Assembly (NCBI GenBank): GCA_042216335.1 | Contig: JBDGTY010000046.1 | Location: 1-19,223, forward strand | Source: Candidatus Nanohalobium sp. | Lineage (GTDB): Archaea > Nanohalarchaeota > Nanosalinia > Nanosalinales > Nanosalinaceae | Direction: 5' to 3' | Length of the DNA stretch: 19,223 bases | Shown: positions 1 through 8,867 of the stretch, piece after piece | How the letters are laid out: the number at the start of each line of letters is the position of its first letter | Position numbering within the stretch: the first letter of the stretch is position 1 | Position numbers and translations under genes: made by a program | The notes under the pieces: model-generated | The model's database searches: none | Seen by the model: only the letters and a program-made list of their open reading frames with translations | What the model was told of the DNA's origin: nothing

Positions 1-1422
1 TACGGTGTCAGGTTCAGCACCGGGAAGCTGAGGGCTGTGGCGGATGAGAGCGTCACGGTCTCGGTAGTATCTATAGTTCTGACAGGAGCGGTAGCTACAG
101 CAGTCGGTGCGTTCCTGGGTCTAAATAATTTCGAGATAATCGTGTTCTCGGCTGCCGCGGCTTTCAGCTCCTCGCTCGTCGGCCTTGAACTCATAAAAGA
201 TGACCTTAGGAAGGAACTGGTTCACAGCAGGTTGGTGGAGTCGATGCAGCTGATTCAGGATCTCTTCGCAGTGCTCCTGATACTCCTGGTTTTCTCGACC
301 CATCCTTTCTCAGCGATGCTGAAAGGCCTTCTGGTGCTGGCAGCAGCCATGATATTCAAAGTATTCTTCCCAAGGATCGCGGAGACCTTCAGGGATTCGA
401 CCGAGGTCGTCATGGTTTTCTCACTCTCCACTCTAGCGGTCTTCGTCTCCATCACGCAGGTGCTCGACATATCCATCGTCATCGGGGCTTTCGCCGCCGG
501 CCTCGCCCTCTCGAAGTACCCTTACAGCCTGGAGATCGTGGATACCGTCGGATCGCTGAAAGACTTCTTCACGGCCATCCTCTTCGTCTCCATCGGCAGC
601 CTCGCAGCCACACTCAACCCACAGGTCTTCTTGCTCTCAGGCATCATCGCAGCAATAACACTGTTCATCAAGCCCTTCACCATCTACTCCGCACTGAGAT
701 CGCTCGGAAAGGACTCAAGAGTGTCCTTCCTCTCCAGCCTCGGCCTCGACCAGGTCAGCGAGTTCGCCACAATAATCGCCATACAGGCATTCATCGCCGG
801 AAAAATAGGCGAACCTATGCTCCAGTCAGTCGTCCTCGCCACAGCCTTCACCATGGCCCTGTCAACCTACACCGCACGCCACGAACACGGGCTATACAGA
901 AAGTTCTCCAGGCTCTTCCACGTACCCGAACAGGCAGAAACAAACGTAGAAAACCCTGAAAACCACGCCATACTCGTAGGATACGACACACAGGGCCGGA
1001 AGATACTGGAAAAAATCGTGGAGGAGGAAAAAGAGGTCGTCGTCATAGAATACGACCCGGAAAAACTCGAGGAGCTGAAGGAGAAGGAGGTCGACTACGT
1101 GTTCGGCGATGTCATGCACCAGAGATCCTGGGGGGAAGCCAACTACACTGAAGCCGATATCATCGTCTCGACGGTACCGCTCAGACACGTCTCCGACAGG
1201 ATAATAGCCCTGGAAACTGAAGCCGACAAAATACTCAGGGCACCAAACTCGGAACAGGCCCAGCAGCTACTCGAAGAAGGAGCCACGTTCGTCTCCGTCC
1301 CCAAAGTACTGTCGTCCCAGCGCCTCATAGAACACCTCAAAGGAATATTCAACAACCCGAACTACCGCGAAGAACTAAGACGGAAAAATCTTCTGGAACT
1401 AAGAAAACAACAGAGCCAATGA
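1..1422 (+). CDS. Kef-type (CPA2) cation/H+ antiporter with C-terminal TrkA-N/RCK domain; 5' end outside the window
   Basis: Frame is open from base 1 (YGVRFSTGKLRAVADES...). Many TM helices, CPA2 motifs (QDLF, IGAFAAGLAL, LKDFF..ILFVSIG, QVSEF), then a Rossmann-like RCK domain (AILVGYDTQG, VVIEYDP, VFGD). Confidence 0.9.
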   Translation, partial: YGVRFSTGKLRAVADESVTVSVVSIVLTGAVATAVGAFLGLNNFEIIVFSAAAAFSSSLVGLELIKDDLRKELVHSRLVESMQLIQDLFAVLLILLVFSTHPFSAMLKGLLVLAAAMIFKVFFPRIAETFRDSTEVVMVFSLSTLAVFVSITQVLDISIVIGAFAAGLALSKYPYSLEIVDTVGSLKDFFTAILFVSIGSLAATLNPQVFLLSGIIAAITLFIKPFTIYSALRSLGKDSRVSFLSSLGLDQVSEFATIIAIQAFIAGKIGEPMLQSVVLATAFTMALSTYTARHEHGLYRKFSRLFHVPEQAETNVENPENHAILVGYDTQGRKILEKIVEEEKEVVVIEYDPEKLEELKEKEVDYVFGDVMHQRSWGEANYTEADIIVSTVPLRHVSDRIIALETEADKILRAPNSEQAQQLLEEGATFVSVPKVLSSQRLIEHLKGIFNNPNYREELRRKNLLELRKQQSQ

Positions 1423-1985
1423 CACAGAAATACCAGGGAGCAGAAGCCACAGTAACAGTTGATGGGGAAAAAGTCGAGAAAGACAGGAAAAAGAAAGAAT
1501 ACCGACACACCGAACTCGACGACCGGATCAGAAAGGACAGAAACAAACAGGAGACAAGGATACTTGAAAAAGCCCGGAAACACGGCGTAAACGTACCAGA
1601 AGTCCTCGAAACATCCGAAACAGAGTTCAAGATGGAGAAGATGGACGGAGAAGTTCTCAGAGAAGCTGTGGAGGAAAACCCGGAACTAGTCGAGGAACTG
1701 GCCGAACAGGTAGCAAGGCTCCACTCCGCCAACATCATCCACGGCGATCTCACCACCAGCAACGCCATCGCCGGCAACAGACTATACCTCATAGACTTCG
1801 GCCTCGCCTACCACTCCGAAAGAATAGAGGACAAAGCGGTCGACATACACCTCCTCAAACAGGTCCTCAAAGCCTCACACAACCTCGACCTCTGGGAAAG
1901 GTTTGCAGAAAGATACAGGGACGAGGGGAACGGAGAAGTAGTGGACAAAGTCTCCGAGATAGAGGACAGGGCGCGTTACAGGTAG
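1419..1985 (+). CDS. bud32: KEOPS complex kinase/ATPase Bud32 (stand-alone)
   Basis: QGAEA, K.R..K.YRH.ELD, GVNVP, IIHGDLTTSN, LIDFGL, EDKAVD, C-terminal R.RY. ATGA overlap with the upstream gene. Confidence 0.93.
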   Translation: MTQKYQGAEATVTVDGEKVEKDRKKKEYRHTELDDRIRKDRNKQETRILEKARKHGVNVPEVLETSETEFKMEKMDGEVLREAVEENPELVEELAEQVARLHSANIIHGDLTTSNAIAGNRLYLIDFGLAYHSERIEDKAVDIHLLKQVLKASHNLDLWERFAERYRDEGNGEVVDKVSEIEDRARYR

Positions 1986-3404
1986 CTAACTCCTCGAGTT
2001 CCTGAAGCTGTTGAAGATCCTCTTGTACAGGTTATCGGAGACTTCCGAGTCCAGATCACAGACCTTGGGATTGCCTCCGAAGCCCGTGTTGCCTGCGGTG
2101 TCCAGAACGATCGTTTTCAGTCCGAAACGCTTCTGGAAGACTGTCTGAACCTGATCCAGGTTCTGGATCCTGTAATACGGCACGATTGAGGTCTTCCGGT
2201 TCCAGAAACCGTTCATCGTGTAGAAGAACTCTTCTCCCTCATAGAAACCCTTGTTCCTGTACTTCAGATAGGCCGCGATACCTGAGATTGGAATAAATGT
2301 TAGGAAGATGTACGGATTGACGTTTGCCTGTATCATTGCGGCTCCACCTATCAGGAAAGCTGTCAGGATGCCTGAGACTATCATGTAGCGCCCGAGGTAC
2401 CTTCTCATCGCTTTTTCAGATATCTCCTGAATTTCAAAGCCACCGTGATCCACAATCTGTTTGGATAACTCCATTACTATCTGTTTTTCAGCCAGTGGCA
2501 CGGCTACTTCCGCACCAGTGTTCTCCTGGTTTCCGGGGCCGTAGCCGGCGGTCTCGACCTTTAATGTGGCAAAGCCGAACAGTCTTTTCAGGGGATTTTC
2601 CTCGATGCTGACTGTCTGAATCTTCTCCAGTGGTATGCTGCCCTCCGAGCGGTTGACCAGTCCTCGCTCGTACTCCAGGCTGTCGCCGCGTCTGAAAAGC
2701 TTGAAGCCGTAATACTGGGAGAAGTTGGTGGCTGCGCTCGCCAGGAGCATCGCCACAAGGCTCAAAGATCCTATGACGCCGAACACGATGAAAGCTGTCA
2801 GGTTGACGGCCTGATCGATCTGCTGGGAGAAAGCGCCCATGATGCCGAAAGCTCCGAGCACTGCAGCGACTGCTGTTCCGCTGATGGAGGTAAGGCTCAG
2901 GATTCCCAGCTCCCTCTCAGTTATCTCGAACAGAGGCTCCGCTTCCTTCTCGTCCTCATGCTCCTTCAGTCCCTGCTTCAGTTTCCTGACCTTTTTCTGT
3001 ATATCCTTCGCCAGGTCGAACTCCACGTACTTCAGCGAGGCTTCCGTGCTTTTTCCACCTGCTGTCTCCAAGTTGACCTTCGCTATGCCGAGGATCCTGT
3101 GTATGATGTTCCTCCTGACGTCGACGTTCTGAATCCGCTTCAAAGGTATCTCACGCTTCTGCCGGTTGATTACGCCGGAGCGGATGTCGAACGTGTCCTC
3201 CGTCACCTCGAACTCGTAGTTTCTCCACACCATGTAGAACCATATGGAGATGCCGATGAATCCGATGAAAGAACCGGCGATAAGTACGCCGGCCGCGGCC
3301 AGGTTAAACTTGGCGACGTCGATTCCTGTGAAAAAACCGAAGAATACCAGTGTCAGCATTCCCTGCGCCGCCCTGTAAGGTATGGAGAGCTTTGACAGCT
3401 TCAT
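1986..3404 (-). CDS. YdbT-like membrane protein with three bacterial PH (bPH_2) domains
   Basis: Three repeats of IP..RIQ.V......R..G...L..ETAG alternating with TM hairpins. Confidence 0.88.
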   Translation of the reverse strand: MKLSKLSIPYRAAQGMLTLVFFGFFTGIDVAKFNLAAAGVLIAGSFIGFIGISIWFYMVWRNYEFEVTEDTFDIRSGVINRQKREIPLKRIQNVDVRRNIIHRILGIAKVNLETAGGKSTEASLKYVEFDLAKDIQKKVRKLKQGLKEHEDEKEAEPLFEITERELGILSLTSISGTAVAAVLGAFGIMGAFSQQIDQAVNLTAFIVFGVIGSLSLVAMLLASAATNFSQYYGFKLFRRGDSLEYERGLVNRSEGSIPLEKIQTVSIEENPLKRLFGFATLKVETAGYGPGNQENTGAEVAVPLAEKQIVMELSKQIVDHGGFEIQEISEKAMRRYLGRYMIVSGILTAFLIGGAAMIQANVNPYIFLTFIPISGIAAYLKYRNKGFYEGEEFFYTMNGFWNRKTSIVPYYRIQNLDQVQTVFQKRFGLKTIVLDTAGNTGFGGNPKVCDLDSEVSDNLYKRIFNSFRNSRS

Positions 3405-3868
3405 ACTGCGTCACCGAACTCTTCCTCCGACTCGACAGCAACCTTACGCAGTTCCTCCTGGATGTCGTCCGCGTCCTCAGGTAGAAGCCCAGGGATGCCA
3501 ACGTCAGCACCTCTACTTCCTGCGGTATAGACCACAAGCTTGGAAAGGCCGAAGATCCTGTAGATCGGTCCTCTCTGCGTGTCGATGTGCTGCACCCGGA
3601 CGTACGGGACCTTGGTATTCACTTTTTTCAGGACGCCGCGCTCAAGGTAGAGGTAGTCGTCCCGCATCTCGAACCCCCAGTTCCTGTACCTGAAGACAGT
3701 GTATATCAGGAGTATCGCCGTGGTGAGGACCAGAAATGCTCCGGTATTTGCCATCGAGAAACCTTCCAGTATCAACTGGGCTGCCGCCGCCAGGCCGGTC
3801 AAAACTATCGAAGTTAGAACTGCACCCGCCATCCACGGTACCAGTACCTTTTTCTTCAGCTTGTTCAT
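3401..3868 (-). CDS. YdbS-like membrane protein with one bacterial PH domain
   Basis: Two TM helices then RGV....TKVPYVRVQHIDTQRGPIYRIFGLSKLVVYTAG...IPGL. ATGA overlap with the YdbT-like gene. Confidence 0.9.
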   Translation of the reverse strand: MNKLKKKVLVPWMAGAVLTSIVLTGLAAAAQLILEGFSMANTGAFLVLTTAILLIYTVFRYRNWGFEMRDDYLYLERGVLKKVNTKVPYVRVQHIDTQRGPIYRIFGLSKLVVYTAGSRGADVGIPGLLPEDADDIQEELRKVAVESEEEFGDAV

Positions 3869-3968
3869 GAGAATACTTCAGGAATACTTGTTTACAAATC
3901 CTCGGAAAAGGTTCGGAATCTTTCGAACAGAGACAGGAATCAAAAGCACCTCTGTCAAAACACTGTAC

Positions 3969-4502
3969 ATGCAGGAGTCGGTGATATCCGCGTTGCTCGC
4001 CCTGCTCTTCGCCTTCGCCGGCATCAACGTAATCCACCAACCGGCACCGCAGGAAAAAACGGCAAAGGTCACGGAGGTCGTGGACGGCGACACAGTCGAG
4101 ATCATGCGGAACGGAGAAAAGGATACGGTCAGAGTGCTTGGAATCGACACGCCCGAGGTCCATGTCGAAAACACGCCCAGAGAATTCTACCTCGAGAACA
4201 CTACCGAAAACATGAACTGCCTGGAAAAAATCGGGGAAAACGCCTCCAGACTCGTCAAAAGGAAACTCGCTGGGGAAAAAGTCAGGATAGTCCGCGACCC
4301 ACTCTCCGACAGGAGAGGCAGCTACGAAAGGTTGCTGGCCTACATAGAATACAACTCAACCGGCCTAGGAAAAATGCTGCTGGAGAAAGGATACGCAAGG
4401 GTCTATAACTCAAGCTTCCGGAGAAAGTCGGAGTATCGAGCTATTGAAGTCGAGAGCAGGCGGAATAATGAAGGGATCTGGAATGAGAGTTGTTCGAGTT
4501 AG
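3969..4502 (+). CDS. Thermonuclease (SNase family) with N-terminal signal/anchor
   Basis: VTEVVDGDT, VRVLGIDTPE, YERLLAYI, KGYARVY, GIW. Start moved to ATG 3969 (MQESVISALLALLFAFAG) because the longer ORF overlaps the divergent gene. Confidence 0.9.
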   Translation: MQESVISALLALLFAFAGINVIHQPAPQEKTAKVTEVVDGDTVEIMRNGEKDTVRVLGIDTPEVHVENTPREFYLENTTENMNCLEKIGENASRLVKRKLAGEKVRIVRDPLSDRRGSYERLLAYIEYNSTGLGKMLLEKGYARVYNSSFRRKSEYRAIEVESRRNNEGIWNESCSS

Positions 4503-4505
4503 CTT

Positions 4506-4820
4506 TCAGTACATCCTGTCTTTAATCTCTTCCAGGTAATCTTCTGAGTAGACGTTGTCGCGGTGTTCTATCCCATAGGCCACGAACTGTCCCTGATAGA
4601 CTGAGATTATAACCCTCTGGTTCACTTCTACAGGTTTATCGGTCTTGATCTTCAACCTGTAACAATCTATCTCCTGTTCTCCATCGGTAAATCTTCCAAA
4701 GTGTTTGTAGCTAGTGCCTTTCTCCTTGAGGTTCTCTACTCTGGCATAGACTACTTTCTGCTTCTCTTCAGATAGTTCAAGCAGTTCTCTATCGGCATCT
4801 GGATGAAAATAGAGTTTCAC
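4506..4820 (-). CDS. RelE/ParE-superfamily toxin
   Basis: 104 aa; MKLYFHPDADREL..L, YRLKI, RVII, I.HRDNVY. Overlaps the antitoxin stop (GTGA/ATGA-type 4-nt overlap). Confidence 0.78.
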   Translation of the reverse strand: MKLYFHPDADRELLELSEEKQKVVYARVENLKEKGTSYKHFGRFTDGEQEIDCYRLKIKTDKPVEVNQRVIISVYQGQFVAYGIEHRDNVYSEDYLEEIKDRMY

Positions 4821-5086
4821 TCTCTCAATCCTTCATCTTCAGCTATCTCATCCATCGTCCGCATGTCATCCAGTCCTATATCGCCTTCCTCAACTTCCTT
4901 AATCCTTCTCTTGATCTCTCTGGCATACTCCTCACTTATCTCTTCTTTACTGGCTTTCTCCCTCTCCTCAAGAAGCCTCCGGATAGCATCACGGACAAGC
5001 TCCGACTTGTTCTGATACCTGCCCCTCTCAACCTCGGAGTCGATCTCCTTCTGCAGACCATCCGGCACATCAACAGTCAAAGTCAT
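4817..5086 (-). CDS. Ribbon-helix-helix (CopG/Arc/MetJ, ParD-like) antitoxin
   Basis: MTLTVDVPDGL...ID..VE.GRY.NKSELVRDAIRRLL plus acidic tail, directly upstream of the toxin. Confidence 0.85.
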   Translation of the reverse strand: MTLTVDVPDGLQKEIDSEVERGRYQNKSELVRDAIRRLLEEREKASKEEISEEYAREIKRRIKEVEEGDIGLDDMRTMDEIAEDEGLRE

Positions 5087-5122
5087 AACATGATATTGCT
5101 TTGATGTTACTCTTATATTTTT
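5086..5122 (-). promoter_or_regulatory. Putative TA promoter with inverted-repeat operator
   Basis: TAACAT(5086-5091)-N12-ATGTTA(5104-5109) lies between the start codon and an AT-rich TATA-like box (minus strand AAAAATATAA, 5113-5122). Confidence 0.45.
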
Positions 5123-5197
5123 GTTCCTGGTAATACTTCTGGTTATTAACTCTGCATTAGTTTTCTGCGAGTGTTATTCTCTATATTTTAGAGCGGG

Positions 5198-6261
5198 CTA
5201 GCGAATTGGGCTTGTCCCTTTTGCTGTAAACGTTTCATCGTTGATTCCGTGTCTTTTGGCTATTCTTTCAAATTCGCTGCTTAAGGCTGAGACCTCCTCT
5301 CTAGACATAGCAAGTAGTTCTTGTGGGCTCCTGTTTTTTTGGATTTTTTCAGATTGTGGTAGAACTGTCTTCCTATCAGATGTGCCTGATCTGCTTCTAT
5401 AACTTCTCTCTTGGCGTTTCTCTTATTTCTCTCTATAAGTTCTGGATATCTTTCTCTAAACTTCTTTTTACTGAGTTCTTTATCTTTATCAAGTACTTCT
5501 TTAAGCTTTGCAAAAGTGTGGTCAAATTGGGTTGGTTCATGGCCTGAGGCCCAGTCTGGTGGTGCGCCTAACTCTCTGATGTATTGATAGACGGGATTCC
5601 GTAGCTCAGAATCGCTTCCAGACACTTCTGGCCTAGATACAACATCATATGCTTCTTGAATCTCGTTCTCAAACTTTTCAGCATCTTCTTCATTGTAATC
5701 TTGTTCAGTGTTTTTTGCTCGCCCCCAAGCATTTTCCAGAGCCGTCTTTATCAGAGGAATGCTCTCTTGAATTTCATCGATAGCCTGATTCTCATAATAT
5801 TCTTCCACAGTCCTAAACTGTTCCTCTCTTTTCTCAAGGAAGGGTTCAATGTTGTCTTCAAAGACAAGCTCCCTCATGTAGGCGCCTAAAGCCTCTTCGT
5901 AAATTTTCCTGGTATTAACGTACTCTCAGTCATCTTTCTCGGTATCAATTTGATTATCTGTTATATCTTTCTCAGTATTATGGCCTACCTCCTCTGCTAT
6001 TATGGCGGGCATAGAAGCAGATACCTCCTCTTCATTTCCAACTGGCAATTCTATCTCCCACTCATCGTAACCCTTGGCATAAGCATTGATTTCCGATCTG
6101 GAAATTTTGGAGGCCAAATTAAGTTTCTTTGGTGCTGATTCTTCAGGGAGTTTTCTCTCAATAGTCCTTCTAACCATATGTTCCAATGTCTTAATCCCGC
6201 GGTAATCGTCTGCCAAGTCCTGCAAATCATAGGCCTCATCGCCCTGAGAACTAACACTCAT
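5198..6261 (-). pseudogene. Interrupted ~354-aa acidic hypothetical protein (in-frame TGA plus one frameshift), possibly zincin-like
   Basis: ORFs 5926..6261 and 5281..5877 share a frame and are separated only by TGA at 5926-5928 (...EKDD*EYVNTRKIYEEALGAYMREL...). Adding one A in the A6/A7 runs (5334-5349) extends the C-terminus to TAG at 5198 (NRSPQELLAMSREEVSALSSEFERIAKRHG...). Confidence 0.7.
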
Positions 6262-6319
6262 GTTGTTATATTATGGTTACAAATAGTTAAATGTTCGTTC
6301 TCGGTCACTCGTATCGCTC

Positions 6320-6407
6320 TTTTAAAACATTTTTCTCCGAATTTATGGTTAGACCGGTACAGTTCCGCGAGGGGCTTGACCGGCTTGCAATTCGGTGAAA
6401 ACATACA
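6320..6407 (+). promoter_or_regulatory. rps15 promoter and structured 5' leader
   Basis: TTTTAAAA at 6320-6327, GNRA-capped hairpin at 6354-6383, GGTGA SD at 6394-6398, ATG at 6408. Confidence 0.6.
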
Positions 6408-6845
6408 ATGTCTAGAATGCACAAGGAAGCGCACGGTAGTTCTGGTAGTTCCAAACCTGTTGACAAGGATAATCCTGACTGGGTTGAGTTCGGTGAAGAC
6501 GAGATAATCGAGATTGTTCTTGAGCTCCGAGAGGAGGGATTAGATCCTGCCGAGATCGGCCTGAAGCTGAGGGATCAGTACGGTGTTCCGAGTGTGAAGC
6601 AGGCGACCGGGAAGAAATTGACGGAGATCCTCGAGGAAGAGGACGTAGCTCCTGAGATGCCTGAAGACCTGAAGAACCTGGTTGAGAAGGCTGAGAGCAT
6701 CGAGGACCACGTTGAAGAGAACCCGAGCGATGAACAGGCGAAGAGGCAGCTTGAACTGACGAAGGCGAAGATCAGGAAGATCGCCGACTACCACCGTGAA
6801 GAAGGCAACATCTCCGAGGACTGGGAGTACGAGTCCGAGGAATAA
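6408..6845 (+). CDS. rps15: 30S ribosomal protein uS15 (S15P/S13e)
   Basis: MSRMH....GSSGSSKP, P.W, IGLKLRDQYGVPSVK..TGKK, PEDL.NL..KA, KIRKIADY. Confidence 0.96.
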   Translation: MSRMHKEAHGSSGSSKPVDKDNPDWVEFGEDEIIEIVLELREEGLDPAEIGLKLRDQYGVPSVKQATGKKLTEILEEEDVAPEMPEDLKNLVEKAESIEDHVEENPSDEQAKRQLELTKAKIRKIADYHREEGNISEDWEYESEE

Positions 6846-6893
6846 ATCTTCTCTACTTTCTCTATTTACATTTAACTCTGTTCTCTGTCTTTT
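6846..6893. terminator. Pyrimidine-rich intergenic terminator region between convergent genes
   Basis: T/C-rich tract (TCTTCTCTACTTTC...TCTTTT) right after the rps15 stop; similar TTTTTCTACTTTC after rps3ae. Confidence 0.45.
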
Positions 6894-7902
6894 CTACAGG
6901 TCCTGCCGCATGAATACTCCGTAGCTCAGTGTGAAGGCGAGGAATGTCTCGCTCAGCAGGAATATCAGGAATCCGAGCGCTGAGTTGATGCTGGCTGAGA
7001 CAGTCGGCTCTATCTTCTGGTCGTTGTTCTGCATCAGTAGGGTGTTGGCGTAGTTCTGGAAGGATGTCGTGGGTGAGAGCCTTGAGACTCTGTCCACGAA
7101 CTGTTCACGCTTCCGCATGACTTTCTCCCTGCTTGTGCCTGTGTCCGGTTTCTGGACGGGTATGCCGACTCTCCCTCCGGCTGCTCCCTCAGCGGCTCTG
7201 CCATAGGCCGCTTCTCTCTCGACTACTGCTCCGGGCCCGCCTCCTGCTCCCGGGTCGTAGGTGTAGATCTGGCTGGCAGCGATGTTGGCGATTAGCGGTG
7301 TTCCCAGCGACAGGAGTAGTATGAACGCTCCTGCTCCCAGTGACCTCCAGCGCGACCTGAAGAGCGTGGAGAAAAAGGTGCCAAGGGCGAGGAAGAACGA
7401 CATGTAGACTATCGTCCCGATCCAGACGAAGCTGAGGCGTATCAACTGGTTGAGGCCCGGTACTTTGCCCGTGAGATATATAGCGAGTCCAGAGGACATT
7501 CCAAACGTCAGTAGGAGCGCAAGGCTGAGGCTGAACAGTCCTGCTACGAACTTGCCGTTGATGACCTCGTCACGGTAGACTGGGTATGACAGCAGTAACT
7601 CTATGGTGCCCTCTTCTCTTTCGCTGGAGACTGCGTCGTAGCTGAGTATCAGTGCGAGTGCTCCGGCGGCCAGCGGCATGTTGAGCCCGAGCATCGGCGC
7701 GAAGATGTCGAGAAGTGATGGTTTTTCCGGTGCCCAGCCGCCCCCGCTCCTGAACTGTTCAAGGCTCTGCTGGTAGTCCTGGAACCCCCATCCAGACCGA
7801 GGCCAGGGAAAGAATAGTGAAGAGTCCGAGGATTATCAGGAACTTCCGGCTGTTGAAGCTGTCACTTACTTCTTTCCGCGCCACATCCCACATACTACCC
7901 AT
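6894..7902 (-). pseudogene. ABC-2 type transporter permease, frameshifted near the 5' end
   Basis: ATG 7902 with GGGTGA SD gives MGSMWDVARKEVSDSFNSRKFLIILGLF...VWMG. One extra base at/near the G5 run (7785-7789) separates it from FQDYQQSLEQFRSGGGWAPEKPSLLDIFAPMLG.... Motifs SYDAVSSEREEGTIELLLSYPVYRDEVINGK and FMRQDL. Confidence 0.85.
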
Positions 7903-7959
7903 TTTCGAAAATCACCCTGTGATTTTCTGGAAATCCATAAAATCTCTGATTTTAGTCAT

Positions 7960-8862
7960 TCAGGCCTCCTCCGTGAGCTTCATGAACGCGGTTTTCAGTG
8001 TTTCCTCCTCTATCTCAAAGGTCTTGACATCCACATCGTTTTCGAGCAGAAGGTCGAATAATTCGGAGCGTATATCATCCTCTGACTTCACTTCTGCCGA
8101 TTCTCCGTCGAGCTCGTAGTCTATGTCGAGTTCACATTCTTCAAGTACTTCCTCCAGTGTTTCCGGGTTTTCTGCCTCCACCAGTATCCCGAGGTCGCTG
8201 TCGACTTCTGCTCCCAGTTCAGCTTTGGTGCCTGAAGCGACGATGACGCCGTCCTTCATGATGCCGAAACGGTCGCACAGCGGCTCTATCTCCGTTGTGA
8301 TGTGTGAAGATATGATTATGGTCTTGCCTTTCTCACGGTTGATTTTCTCGGCGTGTTTCCTGAAACTCCTCTTTCCCTCCGGATCCAGGCCCGTGGTCGG
8401 CTCGTCATAGATTATGATCTCCGGGTCCTTGATCAGGGATTGGGCGATCCCCAGCCTCTTCTTCATGCCGGTGGAGAAATCCGCAGGACTCCTGTGCGCG
8501 TCATTCTCCAGGCCTACAAGCTCCAGGAGTTCGTCAAAATCCGGTTCCGTCCCCGCTAATCGAGCAAAGTACTTCAGGTTCTCCCTGGCCGACATGCTGC
8601 CGTAGAAAGAGATGTCGCTGGGAAGGTAGCCTATCTTGCTTCTGATCTCCTTGCCTCCGGTGTGTTCCTCTCCGTCGATCACCACTTTGCCGTCATCTTC
8701 CCGCAGCAATCCGATAACTGTCTGGAAGAGCGTGGTTTTTCCCACTCCGTTCGGCCCGAGAAGCCCGAAGAGCTCTCCTTCCTCCACTGATAGATCCAGG
8801 CCTTTCAGAACTTCGTGGCTACCGTAGCTTTTCTCAACTCCTTCAAGCTGAATTTTTGCCAT
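7960..8862 (-). CDS. ABC transporter ATP-binding protein
   Basis: Walker A GPNGVGKTT, signature FSTGM, Walker B IIIYDEPTTGLD, SSH switch. ATG 8862 preceded by AGGTGA. Confidence 0.93.
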   Translation of the reverse strand: MAKIQLEGVEKSYGSHEVLKGLDLSVEEGELFGLLGPNGVGKTTLFQTVIGLLREDDGKVVIDGEEHTGGKEIRSKIGYLPSDISFYGSMSARENLKYFARLAGTEPDFDELLELVGLENDAHRSPADFSTGMKKRLGIAQSLIKDPEIIIYDEPTTGLDPEGKRSFRKHAEKINREKGKTIIISSHITTEIEPLCDRFGIMKDGVIVASGTKAELGAEVDSDLGILVEAENPETLEEVLEECELDIDYELDGESAEVKSEDDIRSELFDLLLENDVDVKTFEIEEETLKTAFMKLTEEA

Positions 8863-8867
8863 CTTAA

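Noticed and set aside
5926..5928. TGA recoding (Sec or Trp/Gly reassignment)
   Set aside because: Conserved genes such as rps3ae and the Kef gene terminate with TGA at expected positions; no redox context or SECIS seen.
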